A DNA stretch of 19,446 nucleotides, from positions 1 through 19,446 of the forward strand of contig CAZYJA010000019.1 of assembly GCA_964647245.1 (NCBI GenBank), written 5' to 3'. Positions 1-7,401 of this stretch are shown piece by piece (position 1 is the stretch's first letter; each line of letters opens with the position of its first letter). The notes beneath the pieces are model-generated. The model did not search any database, was not told the DNA's origin, and saw only the letters and a program-made list of their open reading frames with translations. The DNA comes from an uncultured Syntrophomonas sp. (GTDB lineage: Bacteria > Bacillota > Syntrophomonadia > Syntrophomonadales > Syntrophomonadaceae). Both the position numbers and the translations under genes were made by a program.

Positions 1-1125
1 ATAGCGCCTGACAGGGATTGAAACCACTTTTTCAATATCCTCAGTCTTTATGTCGCGGCCGGCCAGACCGTAAACGATATCAATCAGATACGGGCGTTCC
101 TTCAAATCATACAAAGCACTACGGGTCTCGGCAAACAAAGGGCCTCCGTTTGCCGAAAAACCCTCAGACTTATCCATGACGGCTACGGCCCTGGTTTTAG
201 CCAGAGCGCGGGCCAGTTCCTCGCCTGGGAAAGGACGAAACACTCTGATTTTAACAAGACCTGCCTTTACTCCATCCCCCCGCAGTTTATCGACAGCTGC
301 TTTTGCAGTTCCGGCAGTGGATCCGATTAAGACCAGAGCAAACTCCGCATCCTCCATCCTATATTCTTCAAACAAACCATAGCTACGCCCGGAAACCTTT
401 TTAAACTCTGCGGCTACCTCCAGTATGCGGGCCTTAGCCGCCTTCATAGCCTCCGCCTCCTGCACCTTGTGTTCCATATAATAGGGACTCGCATCGTACG
501 GTCCTACCGCAAGCGGATTTTCTTTTTTCAGCAGGTAGTTTGCAGGGTTATATTCCCCGATAAACTTGCGCACAGCATCCGTCTCCAAAAGCTCTATATT
601 CTCTACGGCATGACTGGTAATAAAGCCATCCATACAGGCCATCACCGGTAAGCGTACGCTTAGGTGTTCACCGATCGGCATGGCCATGAGAATATTATCA
701 TAGGCTTCCTGATTGTTTTCCGCATAGATTTGGATCCAGCCGCTGTCACGAGCGCCCATCGAGTCGGAGTGGTCGTTATTGATGTTAATTGGCCCCGTAA
801 GAGTGCGGTTGACGCAAGCCAAGGTAATCGGCATCCGGCATGAAGCCGCCACGTATAAAAGCTCATACATCAGTGCCAGGCCACAGGCAGAAGTAGCACA
901 GACAGACCTGGCTCCGGCAGCTTGCGCAGCAATACATACGGACATTGAACTATGCTCTGACTCCACAGTAACATATTCGGTATTAACCTCACCATTGGCC
1001 ACATACTGAGCAAAGTATTCCGGAATTTCAGTGGAGGGAGTGATAGGGAAAGCGCCCATGACATCAGGATTTAACTGTTTGAGGGCAATAGCTACAGCCT
1101 CGTTGCCGGAAAGGGGCTTACTCAT
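1..1125 (-). CDS. porA: Pyruvate/2-oxoacid:ferredoxin oxidoreductase alpha subunit (PorA/VorA-like). The N-terminal ~375 codons are present and the gene continues past the window start.
   Basis: The reverse-strand reading frame stays open from the ATG at 1125 to position 1. The translation begins MSKPLSGNEAVAIALKQLNPDVMGAFPITPSTEIPEYFAQYVANGEVNTEYVTVESEHS, which is a typical POR alpha N-terminus. A GGAGGTGAGG ribosome-binding site lies upstream. The gene is absent from the ORF track only because no stop codon falls inside the window. Confidence 0.9.
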   Translation of the reverse strand, partial: MSKPLSGNEAVAIALKQLNPDVMGAFPITPSTEIPEYFAQYVANGEVNTEYVTVESEHSSMSVCIAAQAAGARSVCATSACGLALMYELLYVAASCRMPITLACVNRTLTGPININNDHSDSMGARDSGWIQIYAENNQEAYDNILMAMPIGEHLSVRLPVMACMDGFITSHAVENIELLETDAVRKFIGEYNPANYLLKKENPLAVGPYDASPYYMEHKVQEAEAMKAAKARILEVAAEFKKVSGRSYGLFEEYRMEDAEFALVLIGSTAGTAKAAVDKLRGDGVKAGLVKIRVFRPFPGEELARALAKTRAVAVMDKSEGFSANGGPLFAETRSALYDLKERPYLIDIVYGLAGRDIKTEDIEKVVSIPVRRY

Positions 1126-1429
1126 TGACCTCACCTCCTGCCACCATTGTTATTGCAGGGAAAGGACACACATCCTCACATATGCCGCAGCCCTTACAGT
1201 ACATATAATCGAAGTCCAGGCGTTTCCCGTCCTTTACCGGTATCGCACTGTCCGGACAGAAGGGAACACAAAGCATACAATGTTTACAAGCTTCTTCGTG
1301 AAAAATGGGTGTGTTGGTCCGCCAAGTACCGGTATTAAAAGCCCGCGCGGTTCCCGGTTCGTAGATTTCCCCGCCGGGAGTCAAATCCTGCCAAGGGGTA
1401 TTTTCGTTAATATCCTTCGCATAAATCAT
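1118..1429 (-). CDS. porD: 2-oxoacid:ferredoxin oxidoreductase delta subunit (a 2x[4Fe-4S] ferredoxin).
   Basis: The 103-aa product carries two CxxCxxCxxxCP motifs (CKHCMLCVPFCP and CKGCGICEDVCP). Its start overlaps the end of the gamma subunit gene in an ATGA arrangement, and its stop lies 5 nt before the alpha subunit start. Confidence 0.9.
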   Translation of the reverse strand: MIYAKDINENTPWQDLTPGGEIYEPGTARAFNTGTWRTNTPIFHEEACKHCMLCVPFCPDSAIPVKDGKRLDFDYMYCKGCGICEDVCPFPAITMVAGGEVNE

Positions 1430-2028
1430 CCTAGCTGCACCTCCGCCATGGAATTTTTCAGCGCTGCCATGTTGCCCGCAATAACATGGGGCTTGGAAGC
1501 AAATTTGTGTTTATAGGAATCTTCGATATCCACTAAAAAACGCTCACTTTCCAAAACGCCGCTCACCTTAACTACCGCAGCCAGCATCGGAGTATTGGGT
1601 AAATTCTTGCCCAAACTCTCTTCCGAAATGCGGCGGGCATCGATAGTACAAACTTTTCCGCTCCATCCCTCCAGTTTTGAACGCATCTCCTGAGGAGAGC
1701 GAGGAGTGTTAATGATTATCGCGCCGCCCTCTTTCAGTCCGCCGGTAACGTCGACGCTGTCCAGCAAAGTTTCATCAACCACAACTACATAGTCCGGATA
1801 GTAAATATTGGAATGGACTGTACACCGTGTTTCACTAATGCGATTATAAGCCGTAATCGGGGCTCCCATACGTTCCGGTCCATACTCCGGGAATCCCTGC
1901 ACAAATTTCCCTTCTAAACCGGCCACATCCGCCAGCAGCAGGCAGGCCATCTTGGCTCCTTGTCCGCCCCGGCCGTGCCAACGAATTTCTACCATATCAT
2001 TGGTTGCCACTCTTATTCCTCCCATCAT
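1426..2028 (-). CDS. porG: 2-oxoacid:ferredoxin oxidoreductase gamma subunit. The true start may be the GTG at 2009.
   Basis: The 200-aa product contains the conserved gamma-subunit block MVEIRWHGRGGQGA. A GGGAGGAA ribosome-binding site is placed to serve either the ATG at 2028 or the GTG at 2009. Whether this is a pyruvate, ketoisovalerate or other 2-oxoacid enzyme cannot be decided from sequence alone. Confidence 0.88.
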   Translation of the reverse strand: MMGGIRVATNDMVEIRWHGRGGQGAKMACLLLADVAGLEGKFVQGFPEYGPERMGAPITAYNRISETRCTVHSNIYYPDYVVVVDETLLDSVDVTGGLKEGGAIIINTPRSPQEMRSKLEGWSGKVCTIDARRISEESLGKNLPNTPMLAAVVKVSGVLESERFLVDIEDSYKHKFASKPHVIAGNMAALKNSMAEVQLG

Positions 2029-2183
2029 TATAATTTAAAAAATAAAGAAAACCGGCTTGCGCCGCAACCTTAATTGCGAACGAGAGAGAGCATCAGTAGT
2101 ACCCGAAGGGTGAGCCATTAACAACGGCGAAAGTCTGGTTGCACTTATACTATCCACCTTAAAGGTTATATTGCTGATAGTAT

Positions 2184-2440
2184 AAAAAAAGCTTTCGTCC
2201 CAAAAAGGGACGAAAGCTCGAAAGACATTCGCTGTACCACCCATTAATTCAAAGCATACCATCATATGCGTTCCCTGTTACGGGGGAACCCGTCGGAGCC
2301 TACTGGATTACTCGTTCGGTCCGCAGCTCAGGAGTGATTTTCGGGTTCAGACTACTAGTACCGGGCTTACACCTTCCCCGGCTCGCTGTAACGTTCGGCT
2401 GAAACGTACTCTCTCCGTCAATGCCTTTGTAATTTGAAAT
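2184..2440 (-). promoter_or_regulatory. Candidate T-box riboswitch leader (tRNA-responsive transcription antitermination) upstream of the por/vor operon.
   Basis: On the minus strand there is an AGAGAG/AGUA-containing 5' region at ~2400-2420 that could be the base of Stem I. Further 3' lie AGUAGUCUGAAC, a Stem III hairpin GTTCCCCCGTAACAGGGAAC (2269-2290), and an F-box-like CCGUAA. The T-box motif AAUUAAUGGGUGGUACAGCG (2230-2249) is a close match to the consensus AAUUAGGGUGGNACCGCG. Its 3' part overlaps the 5' arm of a terminator hairpin GCUUUCGUCCC-UUUUU-GGGACGAAAGC (2191-2217), which is followed by U7. Confidence 0.6.
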
Positions 2441-2448
2441 TATAAATA

Positions 2449-2477
2449 AATATAACCACTTGCCTGGGTTTTGTCAA
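2449..2477 (-). promoter_or_regulatory. Sigma-A-type promoter TTGACA-17-TATATT that would drive the T-box leader and the por operon.
   Basis: On the minus strand TTGACA lies at 2477-2472, followed by a 17-nt spacer and TATATT at 2454-2449. That placement fits the inferred leader start near 2440. Confidence 0.5.
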
Positions 2478-2699
2478 TCACAAATCCAGGAAACAAGGGA
2501 ACTGATTCCGTTGCTAGCTTGGCATATAAATATTCTATAGTTTCACCTCATAGATTTTCATCCTCCACTGCTTTTTAACAAAGCTTATTTACCGCACTTT
2601 GCTTGCCCGCAAAAAGGGCAGATAATAAAAAAGTATACTTTGCCCGAAATTACAGTGTATATTATTTTATAACGAGATCTAGGAAGGGGATTTGTTCCG

Positions 2700-3806
2700 A
2701 TGGGGCACTTGATTCATTCTAAAGATGAAGTCTACCGGGCATTGGCCGAACGTTTAAACAGAGAGCCAATAGGAGCTCCCTTAGACGATACCCTCATGAC
2801 AATTCTGCAAAGACTTTATACTGAAAGCGAAGCGGTTATCGGCAGCAAATTCCCTTTGGTGCCGATAAAACTCGAAAGAATCGCCAAAATTACCGGTACT
2901 GATGTCGAACAGCTAAAACCAATTCTGGATAGTATGGCCGACAAAGGTTTGGTAATGGACTTTCCTCGCCGGGACACCGCCTTATACATGCTGGCACCCA
3001 TGGTTATTGGCTTTTTCGAATACACCTTCATGCGGGTACGCAACGAACTAGATATGCCAGAGCTGGCCCAACTTTTCAATAGTTATTTTCATAATGAAAG
3101 GGTTAGAAAAGAGTTCTCCGGTATAGATACCCGGATGATGCGAACCTTGGTATATGAGCACCTAATCCCGGTAGCGGTAGAAACTGAGGTTTTAACCTAT
3201 GAAAGAGCTAGTGAGATTATCCGCCAGGCCGGTGGTGGAGCACTTTCCATGTGTGCTTGCCGCCATAAAGCGAGTCACCTGGGCCAAGCCTGCGACGCCC
3301 CGCTGGAGGTATGTACTTCCTTAGGCACTGCTGCCGAGTGGGTTATACGGAGAGGAATGGGCCGCCCTGCTACGGTGGATGAATTGCTGGAGGTACTTGA
3401 TACAACCGAGGAATTGGGGCTAGTCCATAACTGCGATAATATCCTGAATAATCCCACCTATATATGCCATTGCTGCGGTTGCTGCTGCGTAGTGATGACT
3501 GGTATAAGTCAACATGGACAATATGCTACCCATCCGAGTAATTTTATCCCGGTATTAAATCAAGAACTATGTATTGGCTGCGGTATTTGCGCTGATAGCT
3601 GCCTTATTGCTGCCATTACCATGCCGGAGAATACGGAAATTGAATTTCCCGAAATTAATAAAGCTAGCTGCATCGGTTGCGGGGTCTGTGTATCAACCTG
3701 TCCCAATGACTCTTTAACCCTGGCCCGCAGGTCTGTCCTGCACGTCCCTCCAACCAATGCCAATGACAAGTTCAGACGAATCGCCTCAGAGAAGGGCAGA
3801 ATCTAG
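2700..3806 (+). CDS. Uncharacterised 4Fe-4S dicluster-domain protein of 368 aa.
   Basis: The C-terminal region has two ferredoxin motifs, CIGCGICADSC and CIGCGVCVSTCP, plus an unusual Cys cluster CHCCGCCC and CAC/CDAPLEVC. A GGAAGGGGA ribosome-binding site lies 8 nt upstream of the ATG. The gene is transcribed divergently from the por leader. Confidence 0.75.
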   Translation: MGHLIHSKDEVYRALAERLNREPIGAPLDDTLMTILQRLYTESEAVIGSKFPLVPIKLERIAKITGTDVEQLKPILDSMADKGLVMDFPRRDTALYMLAPMVIGFFEYTFMRVRNELDMPELAQLFNSYFHNERVRKEFSGIDTRMMRTLVYEHLIPVAVETEVLTYERASEIIRQAGGGALSMCACRHKASHLGQACDAPLEVCTSLGTAAEWVIRRGMGRPATVDELLEVLDTTEELGLVHNCDNILNNPTYICHCCGCCCVVMTGISQHGQYATHPSNFIPVLNQELCIGCGICADSCLIAAITMPENTEIEFPEINKASCIGCGVCVSTCPNDSLTLARRSVLHVPPTNANDKFRRIASEKGRI

Positions 3807-3846
3807 TGGCAGATTCCAGGGTATCCCAGATTTTGTGTCAAACAGC

Positions 3847-3972
3847 AAAAGGGGTTTCAGTTTAAGTCTGAAACCCCTCGGCATTTCGGTTATGGCGAAT
3901 TTTTCTAATCTGATTACTTATTTTAATGAGTTTATCACTACATCTATTTGTCCAGCTAGACTAACATTAAAT
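3847..3972. repeat. Copy A of a ~126-bp repeat. It comprises a hairpin AAGGGGTTTCAG-N7-CTGAAACCCC followed by the last ~17 codons of a paralogous gene.
   Basis: By eye it is about 90% identical to 9487-9612, with roughly 10 mismatches and one 1-nt indel. The hairpin alone recurs at 17776-17809. Confidence 0.8.
3851..3877. terminator. Stem-loop GGGGTTTCAG/CTGAAACCCC with the U-tract on the minus side. It is a convergent terminator for the 2700..3806 gene and for minus-strand transcripts.
   Basis: The stem is a perfect 10 bp. On the minus strand it is followed by TTTTGCTGTTTG. The same hairpin ends the minus-strand genes at 9558 and 17897. Confidence 0.5.
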
Positions 3973-3992
3973 CCATTTGATTTCATAAACAT
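3918..3992 (-). pseudogene. A 24-codon remnant (MFMKSNGFNVSLAGQIDVVINSLK) of the 3' end of a paralog of the 9558..10397 secreted protein.
   Basis: The last 17 residues match the C-terminus of the 279-aa protein (FNVDLAAQIDVVINSLK). The rest of the gene is absent. Confidence 0.45.
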
Positions 3993-4003
3993 CCCACCCT
4001 ATG

Positions 4004-4495
4004 CTACTTGGAAGTTTCTACTTTATGTGCCTTTTTCAGGGCTTCTAAATCTGCCAAATATTCTTTCGATACCTTTTCTGTGTTGGTTAGCTTTCCGTTT
4101 ACCGCTTCTACCATTTTCTCATCACTCTTTTGAGCTGCCTGTAGTAACATATTAAACGCTTCATGTTGTTCAGTTACTAACGCTACATATTTACTGTGTA
4201 CTTTGCGCACTTCTTCGGTGGCAGGAACAATTGCTTTCGTTTTTGTAAGCAGTTCAGTAGAAGCTGGAATAATCACATCTTTTAATCTAGTCGCCAACGT
4301 TGGATCGTCAACAAAATTCTTTCCTGTACTAGCTTCATATTGGGTGGTTACTTTGTTTTCCGCCTCAACAATTGTTGGCAATTGTTTATTTATATAATTA
4401 ATTAAGTCCTCTTGCACTGGATCGGCTTTACCACAACCCGTTAACATTGCCACACACATAACCAATATTGAAATTGTTGTTATAATTTTTTTCAT
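4004..4495 (-). CDS. Small lipoprotein of 163 aa with a coiled-coil or helical C-terminal region. It is paralogous to the C-terminal half of the 4938..5882 product.
   Basis: It has a signal peptide with a lipobox (MLTGC) and an AAAGGGGA ribosome-binding site. Its C-terminal region resembles that of the 314-aa lipoprotein, which may make both YkyA-like. Confidence 0.7.
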   Translation of the reverse strand: MKKIITTISILVMCVAMLTGCGKADPVQEDLINYINKQLPTIVEAENKVTTQYEASTGKNFVDDPTLATRLKDVIIPASTELLTKTKAIVPATEEVRKVHSKYVALVTEQHEAFNMLLQAAQKSDEKMVEAVNGKLTNTEKVSKEYLADLEALKKAHKVETSK

Positions 4496-4547
4496 TATAA
4501 ATAATCCCCTTTACGTCTTTTTTGTTTAAACCATTAAAATGTCACAC

Positions 4548-4700
4548 ACTTCATTAAATCCCTCCTAATTTCATCTTCTTGTAAAGTAATAAACTGAATG
4601 AAGGGTTCCCGCTCATAGCACCAGCCATTTGTATGGTAGTGTATTTGTCAACATTACCTACAAAGGATTGTCCGGCAATTCTTGCCGCCATTTTCTAAAG
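4548..4700 (-). pseudogene. Two collinear fragments of an SPFH/YdjI-like paralog, namely the 3' end plus downstream intergenic region and an internal ~75-bp piece. A deletion of ~315 bp separates them.
   Basis: The stretch 4548-4620 matches 10463-10530. The stretch 4625-4700 matches 10845-10918, which encodes ...MAARIAGQSFVGNV.KYTT.QMA. Confidence 0.55.
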
Positions 4701-4736
4701 TTTAATACAAAAAGAATCACCCGGTACCGCATCTGC

Positions 4737-4766
4737 ATGAAATGTCGTTTTTGCGTTATGAAATGT
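4737..4766 (+). promoter_or_regulatory. LytTR-type direct repeat ATGAAATGT-N12-ATGAAATGT that appears to be an orphan, because its -10 has degenerated.
   Basis: The 9-mers lie at 4737-4745 and 4758-4766 with the same 21-bp periodicity as the cassettes at 7289, 13251 and 15129. Upstream is the conserved AAGTTTAATACAAAAAGAATC element. At the position where the other copies read CTGGTATAAT, this copy reads CTGGTACCGC. Confidence 0.5.
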
Positions 4767-4829
4767 AATTTGTGGCATTTTACGGTAACGGCTCTGGTAC
4801 CGCCACTGATGGCCGGGGACAAAAGCGAG

Positions 4830-4881
4830 ACAGGCCCACTGCTTAGCCGTTGCTTGCTCCTGCAGGGGGCCTGTTCTTTTT
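4830..4881. terminator. Bidirectional intrinsic terminator that probably terminates the 4938..5882 gene.
   Basis: The stem ACAGGCCC...GGGCCTGT is followed by TCTTTTT on the plus side. On the minus side it is followed by CUCGCUUUUG. Confidence 0.55.
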
Positions 4882-4937
4882 GGTATATTGTTTACCGATC
4901 AATAAGTAGATAAATTGGTGTCAGGCACTAGAAACCC

Positions 4938-5882
4938 CTAAGCCCCTAAATCCTTTTTCATAGACTCAGCTTTGGTTAAAAATTCATCAAACTTCGCATC
5001 AGATTCATCTAACTTAGCAAATGCAGCATCTACTGCCGAATCAGTAGCAGGCTTAGTTAAAACTTCATGTAATTGTGCATAGGCTTCTTTTCTTAATTCG
5101 ACAGCCTTAATAAAAATGTTATGCAATTCTTTAACTTCAATAGTTTTTGGCGTGTAAGCTTTCATTTTTTCAAGCATTGCATTATTCTTGGCGGGAAGTG
5201 TTTCTGATAACGCTTTTGCAAGAATCTTGCCATCCTTAGCTACGCCCGCCTCTGTGTAAATTTTTATAATATCATTATTTAAAGGATGATAAATTGCAAT
5301 CTGATTCAGATATTCTTTAAAATCGTCTTTTACAGAGGTAGCAACTGGAGTAGTGGCAATCGTTATGCTGTCGATAACAGATTGTTGGTTCTTGGCAAGG
5401 GAGCCATCGGTATTAGTGCTTCCATAACCAAGACTTACAATATAATTATTTTTCCCATCAGCAACCATAACTAATACCATGGTAAGAGGATTGCCATTTG
5501 GAGTTGTCAAGGTTAACTTGGATACCAAAGATTCTTTGCCGTTGATTTTTTTACCATTTTCAAAGCTTTTAATCACAACATCTTTATACTTACTTTGGTA
5601 GGTAGCTAGAACATTTTCCGATTTCCAGGCTGAAAGTGGGGTTTCACCCATTTCTGATACCCCAAAAGATGCAACATCACCTGTTTTCGAATTGAGATAA
5701 GTAAGATTTTCCTGGACTTTCATATCGCTGGGAAGCTTAAGGCCAATGCCTTGTTGGGTGGTAACATCAACTAAAGTAACTGATTCAGCCGGTTTGCTGG
5801 TTTCGACTGGTGTATCTCCTCCACAGCCAGCCAGGCTAAATATCATTATAAATGCCAGGGTAAGTAAAAATATTTTTTTCAT
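4938..5882 (-). CDS. Lipoprotein of 314 aa.
   Basis: It has a signal peptide with the lipobox LAGC and an AAAGGAAT ribosome-binding site. Its C-terminal ~130 aa are paralogous to the 163-aa lipoprotein. Confidence 0.75.
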   Translation of the reverse strand: MKKIFLLTLAFIMIFSLAGCGGDTPVETSKPAESVTLVDVTTQQGIGLKLPSDMKVQENLTYLNSKTGDVASFGVSEMGETPLSAWKSENVLATYQSKYKDVVIKSFENGKKINGKESLVSKLTLTTPNGNPLTMVLVMVADGKNNYIVSLGYGSTNTDGSLAKNQQSVIDSITIATTPVATSVKDDFKEYLNQIAIYHPLNNDIIKIYTEAGVAKDGKILAKALSETLPAKNNAMLEKMKAYTPKTIEVKELHNIFIKAVELRKEAYAQLHEVLTKPATDSAVDAAFAKLDESDAKFDEFLTKAESMKKDLGA

Positions 5883-5927
5883 AAAATATTCCTTTCGGGT
5901 TATAGGATAATTTCCTATAGTTAGTGT

Positions 5928-6863
5928 CTATTCTACTGCACTATCCCAAAGAAGTTCTGCAGCTACAAACAGGCCGATATATTCACCCATTTTTTCATCA
6001 GAAATAGTAGCATTTCCTGCATTGACTGCATCTATCATCTCTGCCATGGCCATGAAAGCATCAGTATAGGCAGCCATGGCGAAGGCAATATTCTTATGAG
6101 CCTCCAGGTAGTCGTTCGGTACCATAGGTGCTATTTCTATCATCGCATCAACAGATACAGTTGATGCCGCATATACATTTGCAAAGGCGTCAATCCACTC
6201 TTTCGAACCATCGTAATCTGCAAGCAGCTCATCAGTTGCGGCAATCATTTTTGTGTAATCAGTTACAAGGGGTCCCATAATCTTTTGGTACTGTTCATTT
6301 GTCAGCTTGTTATTGGCTGGAACAGATGTAGAAGGTGCAGCATAAGAAATGGAAGTATCTATACCAACTGTACTGCTGGCTGCATCCCAGGTAACGCCGA
6401 TATCGAAAAGCTGTGCAACATCACGAAGTTTGAAAAAATTGTTGCTGTTGATTGTGTAAGCAGTTAGATTTACTGCGCTTCCGTCCTTATATATTTTAGA
6501 CGTGCTAAGTGTAGCTGACTTTGCCAAGCCGTCACCCTTATTTAGCTCACCACCTACGACAGTATAAGCTCTACTGGAAACAAGGTTAATTGCATTTTTA
6601 GAACCATCCCAAGTAACCTCAAATTGTTTTCCGCTGCCTGATACAACCTTCGCAAGATCACGCAGCTTAAAATAGTTGCTATTTTCAATTGTATATGCAT
6701 CAAACGAAATTACATTTCCATTCACAATGACCTTTGAGGCAGTAGGTGTTGCAGCTTTAGTAGTTGCTGCAAATGCTGGGGTTACAAAAATACTAACCAT
6801 TAATGTTATCATTACAAAAAACGAAAATACTTTAGTGCTCATACTCTTGTTTACAAAACTCAT
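5928..6863 (-). CDS. Secreted 311-aa protein with two tandem copper-amine-oxidase N-terminal-like repeats and a helical C-terminal domain.
   Basis: It has a signal peptide ending AFA and an AAGGAGG ribosome-binding site. Two ~45-aa repeats are present: VIVNGNVISFDAYTIENSNYFKLRDLAKV... and IYKDGSAVNLTAYTINSNNFFKLRDVAQL.... Confidence 0.75.
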   Translation of the reverse strand: MSFVNKSMSTKVFSFFVMITLMVSIFVTPAFAATTKAATPTASKVIVNGNVISFDAYTIENSNYFKLRDLAKVVSGSGKQFEVTWDGSKNAINLVSSRAYTVVGGELNKGDGLAKSATLSTSKIYKDGSAVNLTAYTINSNNFFKLRDVAQLFDIGVTWDAASSTVGIDTSISYAAPSTSVPANNKLTNEQYQKIMGPLVTDYTKMIAATDELLADYDGSKEWIDAFANVYAASTVSVDAMIEIAPMVPNDYLEAHKNIAFAMAAYTDAFMAMAEMIDAVNAGNATISDEKMGEYIGLFVAAELLWDSAVE

Positions 6864-6967
6864 ATTTATTCCTCCTTAAATTTTCAATAGATTTATTAAG
6901 AAATAGCTCCAAGCTCCTCTGTTGCAGTAGTAACTCCTTTCTATTATGTTTTAACAATCGCTCTTAT

Positions 6968-7207
6968 TTATTTATCCATCTCCTTCCCATGGCTTCGGTT
7001 TAGGGGAAACCTGCACACGCTGTGGGTCCGATGCTCACTGATATTTTTCCTGAAATCCGAATGCTTGCAGTACCAGCACTCCCGCATGGGGGCCAGGCTG
7101 TCGCTTGCTGCACATTCCCAGTGAGAGCAGGTATCGTCTTCCCTCACCACTGGATAGGTATCGTCGGTCTTATCCCTGTCCTTTGGCCGCATATTTCCTT
7201 TATCCAA
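6968..7207 (-). CDS. Small hydrophilic Cys-rich protein of 79 aa (TTG start), carrying C-x4-C...C-x2-C motifs and an additional Cys-x-x-x-His motif. It is a paralog of the 12921..13160 ORF.
   Basis: A GGGAAGGAGTGG ribosome-binding site lies 9 nt before the TTG. The ORF is conserved in the second copy, with 65 of 79 residues identical. Its reality is uncertain because the opposite strand also carries an open 74-aa ORF in both copies. Confidence 0.35.
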   Translation of the reverse strand: MDKGNMRPKDRDKTDDTYPVVREDDTCSHWECAASDSLAPMRECWYCKHSDFRKNISEHRTHSVCRFPLNRSHGKEMDK

Positions 7208-7288
7208 CTGCAGCCACTCCTTCCCTGCAAATCCATATACCGTTAATTCTAATATTCAAAAGTTTAATACAAATAGAATCGCCTGGTA

Positions 7289-7366
7289 ATAAATCTGCAC
7301 GAAATGTCGCTTGTGGGTTATGAAATGTAATTTCCAGTAATTTTTTGTAATTCCTGTGGTATAATG
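7289..7366 (+). promoter_or_regulatory. LytTR-box promoter cassette made of ACGAAATGT-N12-ATGAAATGT followed by the extended -10 TGGTATAAT.
   Basis: The 9-mers lie at 7289-7297 and 7310-7318, 21 bp apart. TGGTATAAT lies at 7358-7366. A GAGGTGA ribosome-binding site and the ATG at 7402 follow. Confidence 0.65.
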
Positions 7367-7401
7367 GATGGGATTTGAGGGGATGACTTTGAGGTGACAT
7401 A

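Noticed and set aside
469-1516. ORFs 469..651(+), 660..866(-), 779..1009(+), 870..1064(-), 1031..1516(+) and 1147..1338(+).
   Set aside because: They overlap the continuous, well-conserved PorA/PorD reading frames on the minus strand. They have no ribosome-binding sites and their translations look random.
2066-2110. Plus-strand sequence AATTGCGAACGAGAGAGAGCATCAGTAGTA...GGTGAG that looks like the start of a T-box Stem I.
   Set aside because: No T-box motif or terminator follows it on the plus strand. The genuine T-box motif and the U-tract are on the minus strand. It is probably a coincidental resemblance within the 5' UTR.
2035-2265. 76-aa ORF on the minus strand.
   Set aside because: It lies inside the structured leader and overlaps the T-box motif and the terminator hairpin. 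No ribosome-binding site is present.
4629-4913. 94-aa ORF on the plus strand.
   Set aside because: It spans an antisense fragment of the SPFH paralog, the LytTR-box cassette and the terminator hairpin. It is an artefact of the mosaic.
7022-7246. Plus-strand 74-aa ORFs 7022..7246 and 12975..13199, and the overlapping ORF 7105..7323.
   Set aside because: They lie opposite the minus-strand 79-aa ORFs. They are Pro-rich and hydrophobic, have a weaker start context and are less conserved between the copies. I kept them as the alternative reading in the small-ORF finding rather than listing them as features.
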